Part shown: piece after piece, positions 11,760 to 22,584 of the stretch
How the letters are laid out: every line of letters begins with the position of its first letter
Position numbering within the stretch: position 1 is the first letter of the stretch
Source of the DNA: Chiloscyllium plagiosum
Lineage: Eukaryota
Assembly (NCBI RefSeq): GCF_004010195.1
Contig: NC_057718.1
Span: 17,800,028-17,829,931, forward strand
Direction: 5' to 3'
Length of the DNA: 29,904 bases
Notes under the pieces: generated by a model
Told to the model about the DNA's origin: nothing
Databases searched by the model: none
The model's input: only the letters and a program-made list of their open reading frames with translations
Position numbers and translations under genes: made by a program

Positions 11760-12207
11760 GTTTGCAAGAACGATATCTGGAGTTCAAGGTTTGCGTTATC
11801 GTGAGAGATTACAAAAATTAGACCTATTTTCTCTAGAATTTTGAAGGTTGAGGAATGATCTGATCGAAGTCTTCAATATATTACCAGGAATAGGCAAGAG
11901 TTGATCATCTACTTTCAGTGGTTGATGATTCGAGAACAAGGGGACATGGTCTATTAATGAGGCCAGATCATTCAGGAGAGATGCTAGGAAGCACTTCTAT
12001 GCACAAAAGGTTTGGAACTCTCTTCCACAAGTGGCAGTTGATGCTAGATGAGTTGTTAATTTTAAAACTGAGATTGATCATTTTTTGTTAAAGAAAAATG
12101 TTAAGGGCTATGGGCCCACAGTAAATATATGGAGTTAGGCCACAGATCAGCCAGCATCCCACTGAATGGCTTGTTGGGGGGCTGAATGGCCTACTCCTGT
12201 TCCTATG
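11760..12207 (+). mobile_element. CR1 LINE 3' fragment
   Basis: FARTISGVQGLRYRERLQKLDLFSLEF*RLRNDLIEVF (CR1 ORF2 C-terminus) and tail GGGCTGAATGGCCTACTCCTGTTCCTATG. Confidence 0.85.
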
Positions 12208-13035
12208 ACAACTCTTTCACGGTACAGAACTGTTGGGGGAAGACAAACTATGGCATCCCTCCCTCTTCACACCTGTCCACTGCTCCATTCTAACACTGAC
12301 AGCACTGTCAATTAGTAAGTACACAAGGTATTAGGGTGCTGGGAGGGGAAGGTGACAGATGGACACAGGGTTAGTATATCAAGTCAGTAGGGTTGGAGCT
12401 AGGGAGGGAGTAGGGTGCAAGGTTAAGATGCCAGGTGAGTATGGGGTAGGATGCTGGGTTAGTAATGATGCAGGGTGGGTAGGATGCTAGATGGGAAGGG
12501 CTGGGTTCCAGGTAAAGTTAGGTGCCAGCTGGGAGAGGGTGTCCATCAGAGATTATGCACCAGGTATGTAGGGATCAAGTTGAATGGTGTGGGGTTCCAG
12601 ATGGGCAGGATGCCAAGTCAGAAGTGATTAGGGTGCCAGGGTACCAGGTATGGGATGTACTGTTTAGGGTAGGTCATTGGGGTGGAAGAAATTGGGTCTG
12701 GTGGAGTAGGCTGGGGAGTACAGCAGCAGGGGATTCCAATCAGGTCCCAGGAGGCTGATTGGTCAAGCTCTGTAATGTAGGGATTCTGAGGAAGGTGTAG
12801 CTGGGGGACAAGAGACTGAAGTATATACAGGGTCAGTTTAACAGCTATTGAGGAGTTACAACTTGGATTTAACGGTCTAATGTTTCCTGAGCATGTATTT
12901 TACTTAACCTCACTGGAACCCTACAAAGTCTCTGCTGAAATGGAATCTTCAGGGATCCAGATGTAACACAATTGCTCAGCGGATGATTCAATTTCCCAAT
13001 CAATTCCTTTGGACTGTGCTAGGATGAGGATTCCG

Positions 13036-13085
13036 CAGGGTCTCCATGACCAACTCCCATCAGGGTACCCATGACCAACTCCCAT
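13036..13085. repeat. 25-bp tandem duplication
   Basis: CAGGGTCTCCATGACCAACTCCCAT / CAGGGTACCCATGACCAACTCCCAT, 23/25 identical. Confidence 0.9.
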
Positions 13086-14445
13086 CTATGTCTGGCCATT
13101 GGAAAAATCCAGGCAAATGTTACAATTTACACCATATTTTGCATTTGTTTACATATTTAACGTAAACTCTATTTATTCTCCTCCAATAACTGCTGACTCA
13201 AGTTGCTCTTCCTGGAGCAGTTTTACAGTACTGCCGCCAGGTGTCCATTTTACATCAGTGCTGACAGGTTTTTGCTCCAAATTATGCCTACATTTGACAA
13301 AACCCTCTAGCTCACTGCCCATTGACAGGAACTCATGCTGTTTCACTATCCATCTGAAGGGCTGTGAAGCTTCTTTACCCAATCTGAAGGGACAACTGAC
13401 ACAACCTCACTGCTCGTCTGGCTGAGGTCTCAGAGAATACAAGATGACAAATTTCTCTGGTTCAGCATCTCATCACCCCCTGGATTAACCCACTAAGGCC
13501 ACCAGTGGAGTCTTCTCACTATTGTTCAGCATAACTACGTAAACCATGGCCTTCCTTACCAATTAAAAAGCATGCATTTCATGGGGATAACACTAGTGGA
13601 ATCTATGACACCACAAGAATTAAAAGACAACATTTACAGAGAAAGTAAAGCATAACATGATTTTGTGTTGCAAGAATGGAAATAGCACCAAAGGATCAAG
13701 TAATTATATTAGCAGAGGACATTTGAACCAGACCTCTTTGACCATAGCTACCTGCTTTAATCTCATTTCCCGCCTTTTGTGACCTATCCGGCGATGTCCT
13801 TCCTTTGCAAACATGTAACTGATTCTTTTTAAAGTACTCCTCTGTGGAATGACTTCCTCCAGCTTCCCCTCCATCCTAGTGACATGAGCATACAGGTGTT
13901 CCCCAGGTCTCAGGAGAGACCAGACAGAATGTTAGCTCTTGTACTCAGTACGTTTCCTGCCCTTGCTGGCCCTTACTGGCCCTGTCAGTATCTGAGCATA
14001 GAGCAGGTCACCAACAGGGAGATAACACTGCCTGTCTTTTAGTTGATATTCTGGCAGTTCACACAATCTACTACAATAAATAGCACTTACATCTTTATTA
14101 ATGAAGGATGTTGAGGTACTAAGGTGGTGAATAGATATTATAAAAACATGTAGCTGTGAAATTTACCTATATTACAATACTTTGATTTTCTTCTCAATTT
14201 AAAGTGGAGCCTAAGAATAGATCACAGTAATAAATCTATCTGCGATCGCACCATCCCTTTGGCACAATGGCCCATATCTCAATGATCACATCTTTTTCAC
14301 AGCATACCAGGCTTGTCAAATGTACAAAACAAGTTCCCTCTTCCCATGACGACATTCTCTTCTCCTGAACAGGATTAAAGGGTTGCATTCAAACTTGCAT
14401 CTCACCTCACCTGCCAACATACCCTCGGGAGGTGTAACATACAGT

Positions 14446-14518
14446 ACATTAACTGTGTTTGGGCCTCCACAGATATTGCCTGATCAGCGAAGTACTTTCA
14501 GCATCCTCTGCTTTCATT
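14446..14518 (+). mobile_element. Degenerate fragment of the Penelope-derived short element
   Basis: ACATTAACTGTG...CTCCACAGATATTGCCTGATCAGCGAAGTACTTTCAGCATCCTCTGCTTTCATT aligns loosely to 4184-4257. Confidence 0.45.
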
Positions 14519-16910
14519 CTACATTTATGGACCAAAGTGCTTCCAGACTTTCAGGTTTTTGTTTTGCTGCAGTAACTGTATGCGCTAGCAGGTTTCCCGT
14601 TATGTGGCACGGTGCCAAGGCTTTCCCCTTAGACAAGCACTGAATCTGTCTGGGCCCAGGAAGCTCATCCACAGAGTCAGTATCCTATGTCGACTTTGCC
14701 TGACTGGAGGTAGCATCCTGATTAAGCTGAATTCTGCCCCCACACTATGGGGCTTCCAGGTGAAATCTCTGGATATCTGAGCAGTCCCTAATTTGACCTT
14801 CACTAACCTGAAATTGGTGACACCAATCGCAGTAATCTTAATCCCTCACCAGGTGAGATCAGCTCACTGTGATGCTGCAACTGGGGCCTGAGCAGTGGTG
14901 CTCAGTTCCTGATGAGTTAAAGATTCTGAGGCATCGTGGAGCCTGAAGTAACACCTCGAACTAACACTGCCCTTGCCAACTTCTGCTTCAGAATACGGTG
15001 CCAAATCTAAATAGCTAAAACACAAACATGAACCTTGTTTTGTTCAGAAGCTAGGAAGTACAGGTCGTGGGTTGGGCAGTGCTGGGTCTGCACTCTGTGT
15101 CATTGGTAAGCTCTTGTTTTGATGTATCATGTGCTCCAAGGTTGGAGCTGAGCCCTGGAAAGGTCCCAGCAGGCGAAGGGAAGGAAATCCTTGGGATCTG
15201 AAGGAGAAAGGGTGGAGGGCTCTCGAAACTTTCAGGATAAGAAAGTGGTGGCGGAAGGCTGACATTCCTGCTGCTTAGGAATTTAAAAGAAAAACAGCAG
15301 CTCCCAAAGCCAAATGCAGTTAGTTACCTTTAAGCACTAGTTTCCAACATCCCCTGCACCCCGAACCCCATCTTCTCACGGTCTGAACCAACCTTAGATA
15401 ATTGGTAACAAGCAAAACAAAAACCGATCGACTTAAGTTCCTGGTGAAGAGATTTCGACCTCAGTTACTGTTTTGTTTTCCCCCCCAATCGTGAGAATTT
15501 CTGATTTTTCTCCAAAGCTCGCTGCTGCCGCCTGTCTTTCGAGAGGGATTGCTCAGAAAGCAAGTTTCTGCGTTTGAAAATTAATAAGGGAGAACGGGGG
15601 TGTGGGGGAGGATGGAAAAGTACTCGCCATGCATTTCTGTTTTTTTGGGGGGGGGGGGGGTGGGGGTAAGAAAACCTCTGAGCAGAGATTTGTTCCTACT
15701 TTTTAGAAAATACAAAATCCTGCTGCCTGAAGAAATTAAATGCCCGGGTCAAAGTGAAATCGAGTTTAGACAAAGCAAAATATATTTTAAGCAAGTAAAT
15801 CGGATGACGTTTATGCTTTTTTCATTCTCTCGCCAGTTTGATTCTGTGAAGTTTCCTCAGAAGAGAGAGAAAAAAATAAAGAGGCCGCATTTCAAGTCAC
15901 CCCGATCCCATTTGGAAAGCCAGACTCTTATACAAATCGTGACAGCAGAATTTCCAGTGTCCCGGAGAGCCCGCTGCACTCAGTTAGAAAAGGGTGTTTT
16001 CTTTTAAATTCCTTACTCACCGTCTTCAGCTTGTATTTATTAAACTAATGAAAAAGCCACAAGTGGCCGGCGTGTGGTTCCCACCTGTAACCACACAATC
16101 CCCCCCACCCCCAACACCACACAGATACACAAATACACACTTTACAAATGACAGCACCGACCGACACTGATGTAAATTGCTGAAAGTTAGACTGTAAAGT
16201 TGGTGGTGTGCGCTTTGTCGTGTGCTGTCGGTTCTCAACACACACTGTGAGAAGGGCTCTCACGGCGTGCTGCCCTGAGGCGTAACAGTGTGGCTTCCAA
16301 ACCTTAGGGGCCGGTCCGCAATCAGACATAGCAAACATTCCTGTCAAAAAAAAACCCTCAACAGCCCACAGTCAAAGCCTGAGCCCGCAGCACCGAATCC
16401 AAAAACAGCAAGGAATCTATTAGCAGCAACAAAAAAAGATCCCCTTTACACTCTACCAGATCACAGCCTCAACTCAGCTACGGATGTGCAATTGTAAAGA
16501 TTATAAAAAGCTATTATATGTTGTGTAGATACTACATATATATTTAAAAGGACATGAATAAATCCAATTGTGTGCAGGTCATCACACCCAATGCAAAAAA
16601 ACCCGAACTATGCAATTTTGCAGATTCCAGCCCTGCTCAAACCCGCAGAAAGGTGCATTGCAATTTTAAATATATTTATATGCTAAAAATACAAAGCGGG
16701 TTCAAAATTTTGCTTCCACTGGCTACGTTGTGCAAAAGTATACACTGCAATTCTTTTTTAAAATGACTTAGCTGCCCCCCGCCCCCAGCCAGTCAGTGAA
16801 ATGTGAAAATAGCAACTAGAGTGAACTTCACTCGGTTCCAAGTTACAGCATGCCACCCCGCCATGTTAAAAGAGAGAGAGGAAAAAGGTCCGCGCTGATT
16901 TCCGAGCTAC

Positions 16911-17223
16911 CTTCGCAGAGGCCGACTTGGTAGCCGGTGATGGAATCGCCATTGAACGGGGGTCGGATCACACACCGGAGGCCGCGGTCGCAAGTCCCGT
17001 ATAGACCGTACACGCCGCCGCAGCTCTCGTTCTTCTGCCGGGCGCAGGCGGAGCAGCAGCCGCAGAAGTCCATCACGATACTCCCGGGGCAGTTCCTGGG
17101 CTCCTCGCATTTAGATTCCTCGCACGGTAAGCACACCAGAGCCCGGCCGCTCTGAGCGAACAACTGCAGAAGGTGCACGGCTGCTAGCAACTTGGCAGCC
17201 AGGTATATCCCAGACGGAACCAT
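16911..17223 (-). CDS. CRIM1: Cysteine-rich motor neuron 1 protein (CRIM1), first coding exon: signal peptide and IGFBP-like N-terminal domain
   Basis: MVPSGIYLAAKLLAAVHLLQLFAQSGRA-LVCLPCEESKCEEPRNCPGSIVMDFCGCCSACARQKNESCGGVYGLYGTCDRGLRCVIRPPFNGDSITGYQVGLCE closely matches the vertebrate CRIM1 N-terminus (ALVCLPCDESKCEEPRNCPGS...CDRGLRCVIRPPLNGDS...GVCE). ATG in strong context (AAAATGG). 104 codons plus 1 nt, then donor GAAG|GTAGCT at 16910, exactly where similarity ends. Confidence 0.97.
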
Positions 17224-17614
17224 TTTTGTTTCGCACCGCTTTTCTTTCTTGCAAAACAGCACAACAACAACAAAAAAAAACTTTTATGTACTCAAAACAC
17301 ACACGCACACACACAAAAAAAAAGCCCACAAAAATCACAGCGAAAGTTTCAGGGAAGAACTCTTCTCGCACACACGAATACTTCACCGATGCCACAAGGC
17401 AAGCGGGTAGCGTGCAGGGCGAATTTAACAATTAGAGGAAAAAAAGAAACAAGCTTTTTCGCTGCACCCTCTTCTTCTCCCTTCAAAAATCCAGGCTGAA
17501 AGTTGCTTTCGGCTGAAAGGCTGCAGAGAAAGTTGTGCCCGGTTTCTTATTTTCTTTCTTCAGCAGCAACTCCCCTCCTCCTCCTCTTCAAATCAGGATC
17601 GGAATAGGTCCGCT

Positions 17615-17638
17615 TCAACACTGAGAGTTCTTCCACAT
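17615..17638 (-). other. Upstream ORF (MWKNSQC*) in the predicted CRIM1 5' leader
   Basis: The only ATG on the minus strand between 17805 and 17224: ATG TGG AAG AAC TCT CAG TGT TGA, with A at -3. Confidence 0.6.
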
Positions 17639-17799
17639 TTTTTGTTTTCCCCTCTCAAGGAATTAACAAAAAAGAGAGAGAAAATAAAACACACACGGTT
17701 CTTTTTCTCCTCAGAAGCGATGAGTGGTGGGAGAGAAAGAGAGAAATTCCTCGAATCTGGAGCAGAGAGGCAGACGGGCGGTCTCAGCGAACGCCTTGT

Positions 17800-17870
17800 C
17801 GGACTGTCAGAGAGGAGCGTCTTTTTTTATATATACGGTGGGGGTTTTAATGGCACAGCACAGATTGGAG
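17800..17870 (-). promoter_or_regulatory. Predicted CRIM1 core promoter: CCAAT box, TATA box, initiator
   Basis: Minus strand: CCAAT at 17868-17864, TATATATAAAAAAA starting at 17835, and Inr-like GACAGTC with its A at 17805, 30 nt after the TATA start. Orientation and spacing are canonical. Confidence 0.65.
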
Positions 17871-17925
17871 TAGAGTATGTGTGTGAGCCACTGAGCAGCG
17901 CAGCGCTCTGGGTCCGCACTCAGGC

Positions 17926-18695
17926 GCACACATTCGTATATATACACACATTGATACACACTGCTTGCTGTTCGCACACATTAATACACATATTGACATA
18001 CACATACAGACGCTCATTGATATATACATATATTGATAAACACACTGCTATTCACACATTAGTACACATATTGACATGCACACACTGACATTCAAATTCA
18101 TGTACACATATATTGATAAACACACCGCTATTCACACACATTAATACATGCATTGACACACGCAGATACACACATTAAAGTATACATTGACGCACACATA
18201 CATATACACCCATTAAAATATACACTGATACACTGTTACACCCATTAAAATATACATTGACACTGTTATACTCATGGACACTGTTACACATTAAAATACA
18301 GATACACACATAATACACAGATATACATACATTCAGGTACATATATTCAGATATACACATTAATACATACAGATGCACACATTGATACATGCATACAGAT
18401 ACATATGAATGTGCTTACACTTGTATGTACAGTGCATACTAATACACATATACACAGTAATACACACAGATGCACACATACAGATACACACAAGTTGATG
18501 CACATATAGACACATACAAATACAGACATTAATACACACATATTGATACATACATTGATATACACAGACACACACATACACGCATTAATAGATACAGATA
18601 CACACATTAATAGACGCACAGATATACACATACAGATACACAATAATACACACACACTGATACACACAGGCACACAGATACACACATTGATACAC
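17926..18695. repeat. Degenerate (ACAT/ACAC/ATAC)n low-complexity tract
   Basis: About 770 bp of largely alternating purine-pyrimidine sequence with recurring CACATTGATA, CACATTAATA and CAGATACACA units. Confidence 0.95.
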
Positions 18696-18709
18696 CAAAC
18701 AGCCAACCA

Positions 18710-18890
18710 GCTGCGTCCCCTGCCTCCCCCCTCCCCCAACCAAACTGCACACGTCAATCAAACACCACCGTTATTGTGACGTACACGCCCCACTCCATTC
18801 CCCGCCTACTCATTGGATAACCCCGGCAGAATATTCAAATAAGACCACGCCTCGCCCATCTGCAACTGGGAGCGCATGCGCGCATTCCAC
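18710..18890. promoter_or_regulatory. Second promoter-like motif cluster (CRE half-sites, GC boxes, CCAAT, NRF1)
   Basis: ACGTCA 18751-18756, TGACGT 18777-18782, CACGCCCC 18784-18791, CCCCGCC 18800-18806, ATTGG 18812-18816, and NRF1 palindrome GCGCATGCGC 18872-18881. Confidence 0.65.
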
Positions 18891-20449
18891 ACATTGCTGC
18901 AAGCGACAGTAAAGCAACATGAAAATCCACTGCAATTCATCTCACTCGTACCCTCCACCAACACCCTCCTTTTATTGTTTCAGTGATGAGTGTCCCCCAA
19001 CCTGACGGATGTGTAAATTTTTAACATATACAGTATATCGTACATGTATAAAGAAATGGTATGCTGAATAATATATGAAAGGTCGGTGGTAGTCATTGCC
19101 TTATTAAAAGCGTTTCACAGATAACCAACAAAGGTTACAAAACGAAGGAACATCAATTCTACAGACCTTTAAAGTCACGAATTAACACGTGAGCACAAAA
19201 AATTCAATCGAATTTCCTCCTCCCCCATCTCTGTCAATGAAACACCTCATATTCTAGAATTACGTATTTATATTTTAGTTGATCCTTCCACTTTTAAAAC
19301 ATTTTAAGCATACCGCTTTTACACCCTGCCAGAGCCGGCTCCTATTTGACATTTACGTAAAAATCAGAGTTTGAGATGACTGCAAGATTCAGTCACATTG
19401 TTTGCACTGTATTTCTTTGGAAGAGGGGTCGACTCCCGGACCAGAGCTAAACTGAAATTACAGAAGTAAGCGCGCTGTGTGAAACATCCCACAATGATAT
19501 GTCCTTTATGTATAAAACAAAACTCCACCAAAGTTTTAAGTATTTGAAAATCCGGTAAACGATCCCCCCCTCCCCCCCAACTCCTTCCTCCCGTTCCAAA
19601 TAAACACACCCCACAAATAGCCGCAGTGATGCTGTGAGTAAATGAGGAATTTTCTGACAACATTCCAGCAGTATTACTCAAATAGTTTTCCCACGTGGGG
19701 TTTCAGTTAATCAGTTCATGCAGGACGGGAACAGAGAGAGAGACAGAGAAAAAAAAGATAACCAACCACCTTCCCCTGCGTTGAGAAGCGAGCAGTTGGT
19801 TAAATGATGGAGATAAAGGGCAGCCCATTTGACAGCGTTTTGTTTGGAAACATGCAGGAAAATGAGGCCGGCAACTGTGCAGAGAGTTTGTTGTTCAGTT
19901 GTCAGTGCAGAGTGAACGAATCTGCCAGTGTGATGCCAATTTGTGCTTGTCCCAATTAAATGCCCTGGCACTGCCGGTCTCCAGGGATAATGAAAAGGGT
20001 TCCAATCTCTACCAGATTATTTTAACTGAAACTGAATAAAGCCATAGTTAAACTGAATTGGGCCGAATAGAGAACCAGATGAAAAGTCAACTTCAGTAAA
20101 TATTAGATTCTGCCCATGGCCCTTACTTGACCCATATGCAGACCTGGCAAGTTGCATACAACAGAGATGATATTCATTCATTTCATTCATTTGAACTAAA
20201 ATGTAAATTAATGTGATATATGCTATTCTTTAAAATAAACACAGTTCCATATGTGTAAACTGATTTGCCATCTGGCTCACTCTCTGTGATTATAAATCTC
20301 ATTCCTTCAGGGTTCACATCTCAGTGCTGCAAACCACACTTAAGAGCAGCAGCAAGCCAATCTGGTGACCCAAAGGTGACCTAAGCTTGAACATTTTGGG
20401 ACAGAAGGCACAGGAATCTTATCAGGAAGACAAATAAAAGAAAATAAGC

Positions 20450-20620
20450 CCTGCATTTATATAGCACTTTTCAGGATCAATTGATTTTCAAAGTGCTTTA
20501 CAGACAATTAATTACTTTTGAAGTGTATTTGATTTGATTTATTAATGTCACGTGTACCTAGGTACATTGAAAAGTTTTGTGTGCAATACAGGCAGATTAC
20601 ACCACACGAAGTGCATATAT
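20450..20620 (-). mobile_element. SINE 3' tail (DeuSINE/L2-type) abutting the 3' tail of another LINE
   Basis: Minus strand TACACTTCAAAAGTAA...TGTAAAGCACTTTG...AAGTGCTATATAAATGCAG (20450-20527), next to a tail ending AATAAATCAAATCAAA (20528-20545). Confidence 0.5.
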
Positions 20621-21414
20621 TCATTGATGTAGTGTGAGAAATAAGAGATTCCAATGCTGCATGTAGGAGACTAGGTCTGTCTTTGAATGTTGCCAAAACA
20701 AGCCACATACCAACCCAGAGTCAGTGAACCAAATATTTCGCCTCCCATATACATTAAATAAGAGACTCTGAATACGTTGAGCACATCCTACACATTGGCA
20801 ACCTCCTGTCTCAAAATGCTACCATTGATGATGGCAACAACACCCAACCAACTGTGTGAGCTCAGTCTTCTATAAACTAAAACAGTGTTTGACAAGGCAT
20901 TGGCAGTAATTACAGCAGTAATGCAGAGCAGTTGTTGTTGCCACACTCCTGTATTACAGTGACTGTGTATCAATGACACATAAAAGAGGGCTAGGGAAAC
21001 TTTACCAACAATGCCTCCACCATATCCTCTGCTGCCATTAAATAAACAGAATTAATGTCTTTCCACTTCTACAAATATTCAGGCAAAATCCCTGCAGAAG
21101 CAACTTTGATGGACAGGCACCGTGTCTGGATTTTGAATATTGTCTCCATCCCAGGTCAGGTTTTCCCAACTCACAAATGATCAAAGTTCCAGGAGTGGAC
21201 AAATTACAGCAAGATTGATCTCAAAGATTGCTACCAGTATTTCAAAATGGTGTCAAAGTGTCTCCCAAGCCGCATCAAGCAACACGTTCCAAAAGCATAA
21301 TGTTAAGGCACAGTGCCAGCAGAGCAGGGAAAAAAAAATGAGTAAAGCTGCAGAAAGTTGCAACACAAAGGGACTTAGGACTATTTGTGCAAGAAACACA
21401 GGAATCGAGCTCAC

Positions 21415-22275
21415 AGGCACAGCAGGTAATCTGAAAGGTTAAGAGTATGTTGGTCTTTATTTCAAGGGGTAAGAGTGTGGTGCTGGAAAAGCACAGCAGG
21501 TTAGGCAGTATCCGAGAAGCAGGAGAATCAATGTTTCGGGCATAAACCCTTCATCAGGTACCAGGCTGATGCCCAAAACGTTGATTCTCCTGCTCCTCGA
21601 ATGCTGCCTGACCTGCTGTGCTTTTCCAGCACCACACTCTCAACTCTGATCTCCAGCACCTGCAGTCGTCACTTTCTCCTTATTTTAAGGGGTTTGGAGT
21701 ATAAGAGTAGGGAAGTCTTACTGCAACAGTACAGGTACTGGTGAGTCCACCTCTGGACTACTCTGAGCAGTTTAGTCCCCTTTCTTTAAAGAAATATATT
21801 ATTTCATTGGAAGCTGTTCAGTGAAGCTTCAATAGGATGATCCCTGGTATGGAGGGATTGACTGGTTAGAAAAGACTAAACGGGTTGGGACTCTACACAC
21901 TGGAGTTTAGAAGGATGCAAGTTGATCACATTGAAACATAGGATTCCTAAGGGGCTTGACAGGATAAATACTGAGGGAATGTTTCCTCTCCTGGGAGAGG
22001 CTAGGACCAGGGAACATAGTCACAAAGATGTACCAATTTAAGACTGAAATAAGGAAGAATTTCTTCTCTCACAGAGCTAAATTAGAACTCCATGTCAAAA
22101 ATTAAGCCTGAGATGGACCGATTCTTGAATAGTAGAGGAATCAAGAATTTTGGGGAAGGGCAGGAAAGTGGACTTAAGGAATGTCGGATCAGTCATGATC
22201 GCATTGAATGGTGATGCAGGCTCATGGGGCTGAATGGCTTTCTCCTGTTCCCATTTCTTATGGAGTTCTTATGGT
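21415..22275 (+). mobile_element. CR1 LINE 3' fragment interrupted by a Penelope-derived hairpin
   Basis: MLVFISRG|LEYKSREVLLQQYR...LVSPPLDYSEQFSP continues across the insertion. Tail GGGCTGAATGGCTTTCTCCTGTTCCCATTTCTTATG. Confidence 0.85.
21471..21679. mobile_element. Penelope-derived inverted-repeat element with 14-bp TSD and hammerhead core on the minus strand
   Basis: 72-bp arms at 21472-21543 and 21569-21640. TSD TTATTTCAAGGGGT (21457-21470) / TTATTTTAAGGGGT (21680-21693). Minus strand 21557-21530 reads CUGAUGA-A-GGGU(UUAU)GCCC-GAAA-CA-UU. Confidence 0.85.
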
Positions 22276-22584
22276 CTAAAAGGAAGCAAATCCTGGTCTG
22301 CTGACCCCACTATCATATGGGTCATCCTGCTGCATATGAAAGAACTGCAGGCCAATATTTGGCCTGTTCAGTGTCATGAAGACTCACAGCAGACCTTGAG
22401 ACCCTGAATAGATGTCATCCTCAATTCAAAGGTCAGCTCATTGATACCTACCCATATAGGAAATCAAGGGTTCCAACTCTGTGAAGCAATTAGAGAAGGC
22501 TGGGAACAGGGAAGGTCGAGCGGACCTAATGCAAGTATTGAATAGGAGGCTTCAATGAAGTAAGTTGAAAGTACTTCTTCTTGT

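Larger units (their letters stand above)
11623..13115. mobile_element. Possible old non-autonomous DNA transposon (Harbinger-like) with G-rich interior and nested CR1
   Basis: Imperfect termini GGGCCAGATTTTCCAA (11623-11638) and TTGGAAAAATCCAGGCA (13099-13115). AAT flanks both ends (11620-11622, 13116-13118). The outer TIR bases match poorly. Confidence 0.35.
15400..17950. promoter_or_regulatory. CpG-enriched, transposon-free region covering CRIM1 promoter, exon 1 and start of intron 1
   Basis: CpG is visibly much more frequent than in the flanks, densest at 16880-17240. No recognisable interspersed repeats. Not quantified. Confidence 0.65.

Noticed and set aside
15647..15666. G14-T-G5 run (also the G run near 9853-9865) as a functional G-quadruplex
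   Set aside because: Simple homopolymers are common and prone to sequencing error. There is no supporting context.
1..16000. Further CRIM1 coding exons (exon 2 onward, VWC and antistasin repeats)
   Set aside because: I found no minus-strand translation resembling them. Intron 1 probably extends past the window start, though a short exon could be missed by eye.
16911..17223. Alternative identity as IGFBP7, HTRA or a CCN-family gene
   Set aside because: They share the CGCC motif, but LVCLPCEESKCEEPRNCPGS and LRCVIRPP.NGDS are characteristic of CRIM1.
17224..17262. N-terminal extension MLFCKKEKRCETK in the ORF track
   Set aside because: It begins at a non-ATG codon. The ATG at 17223 has strong Kozak context and directly starts a signal peptide.
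17847..18779. Cys/Val-rich and His/Thr-rich ORFs
   Set aside because: Translations of the (CA/TA) low-complexity tract.
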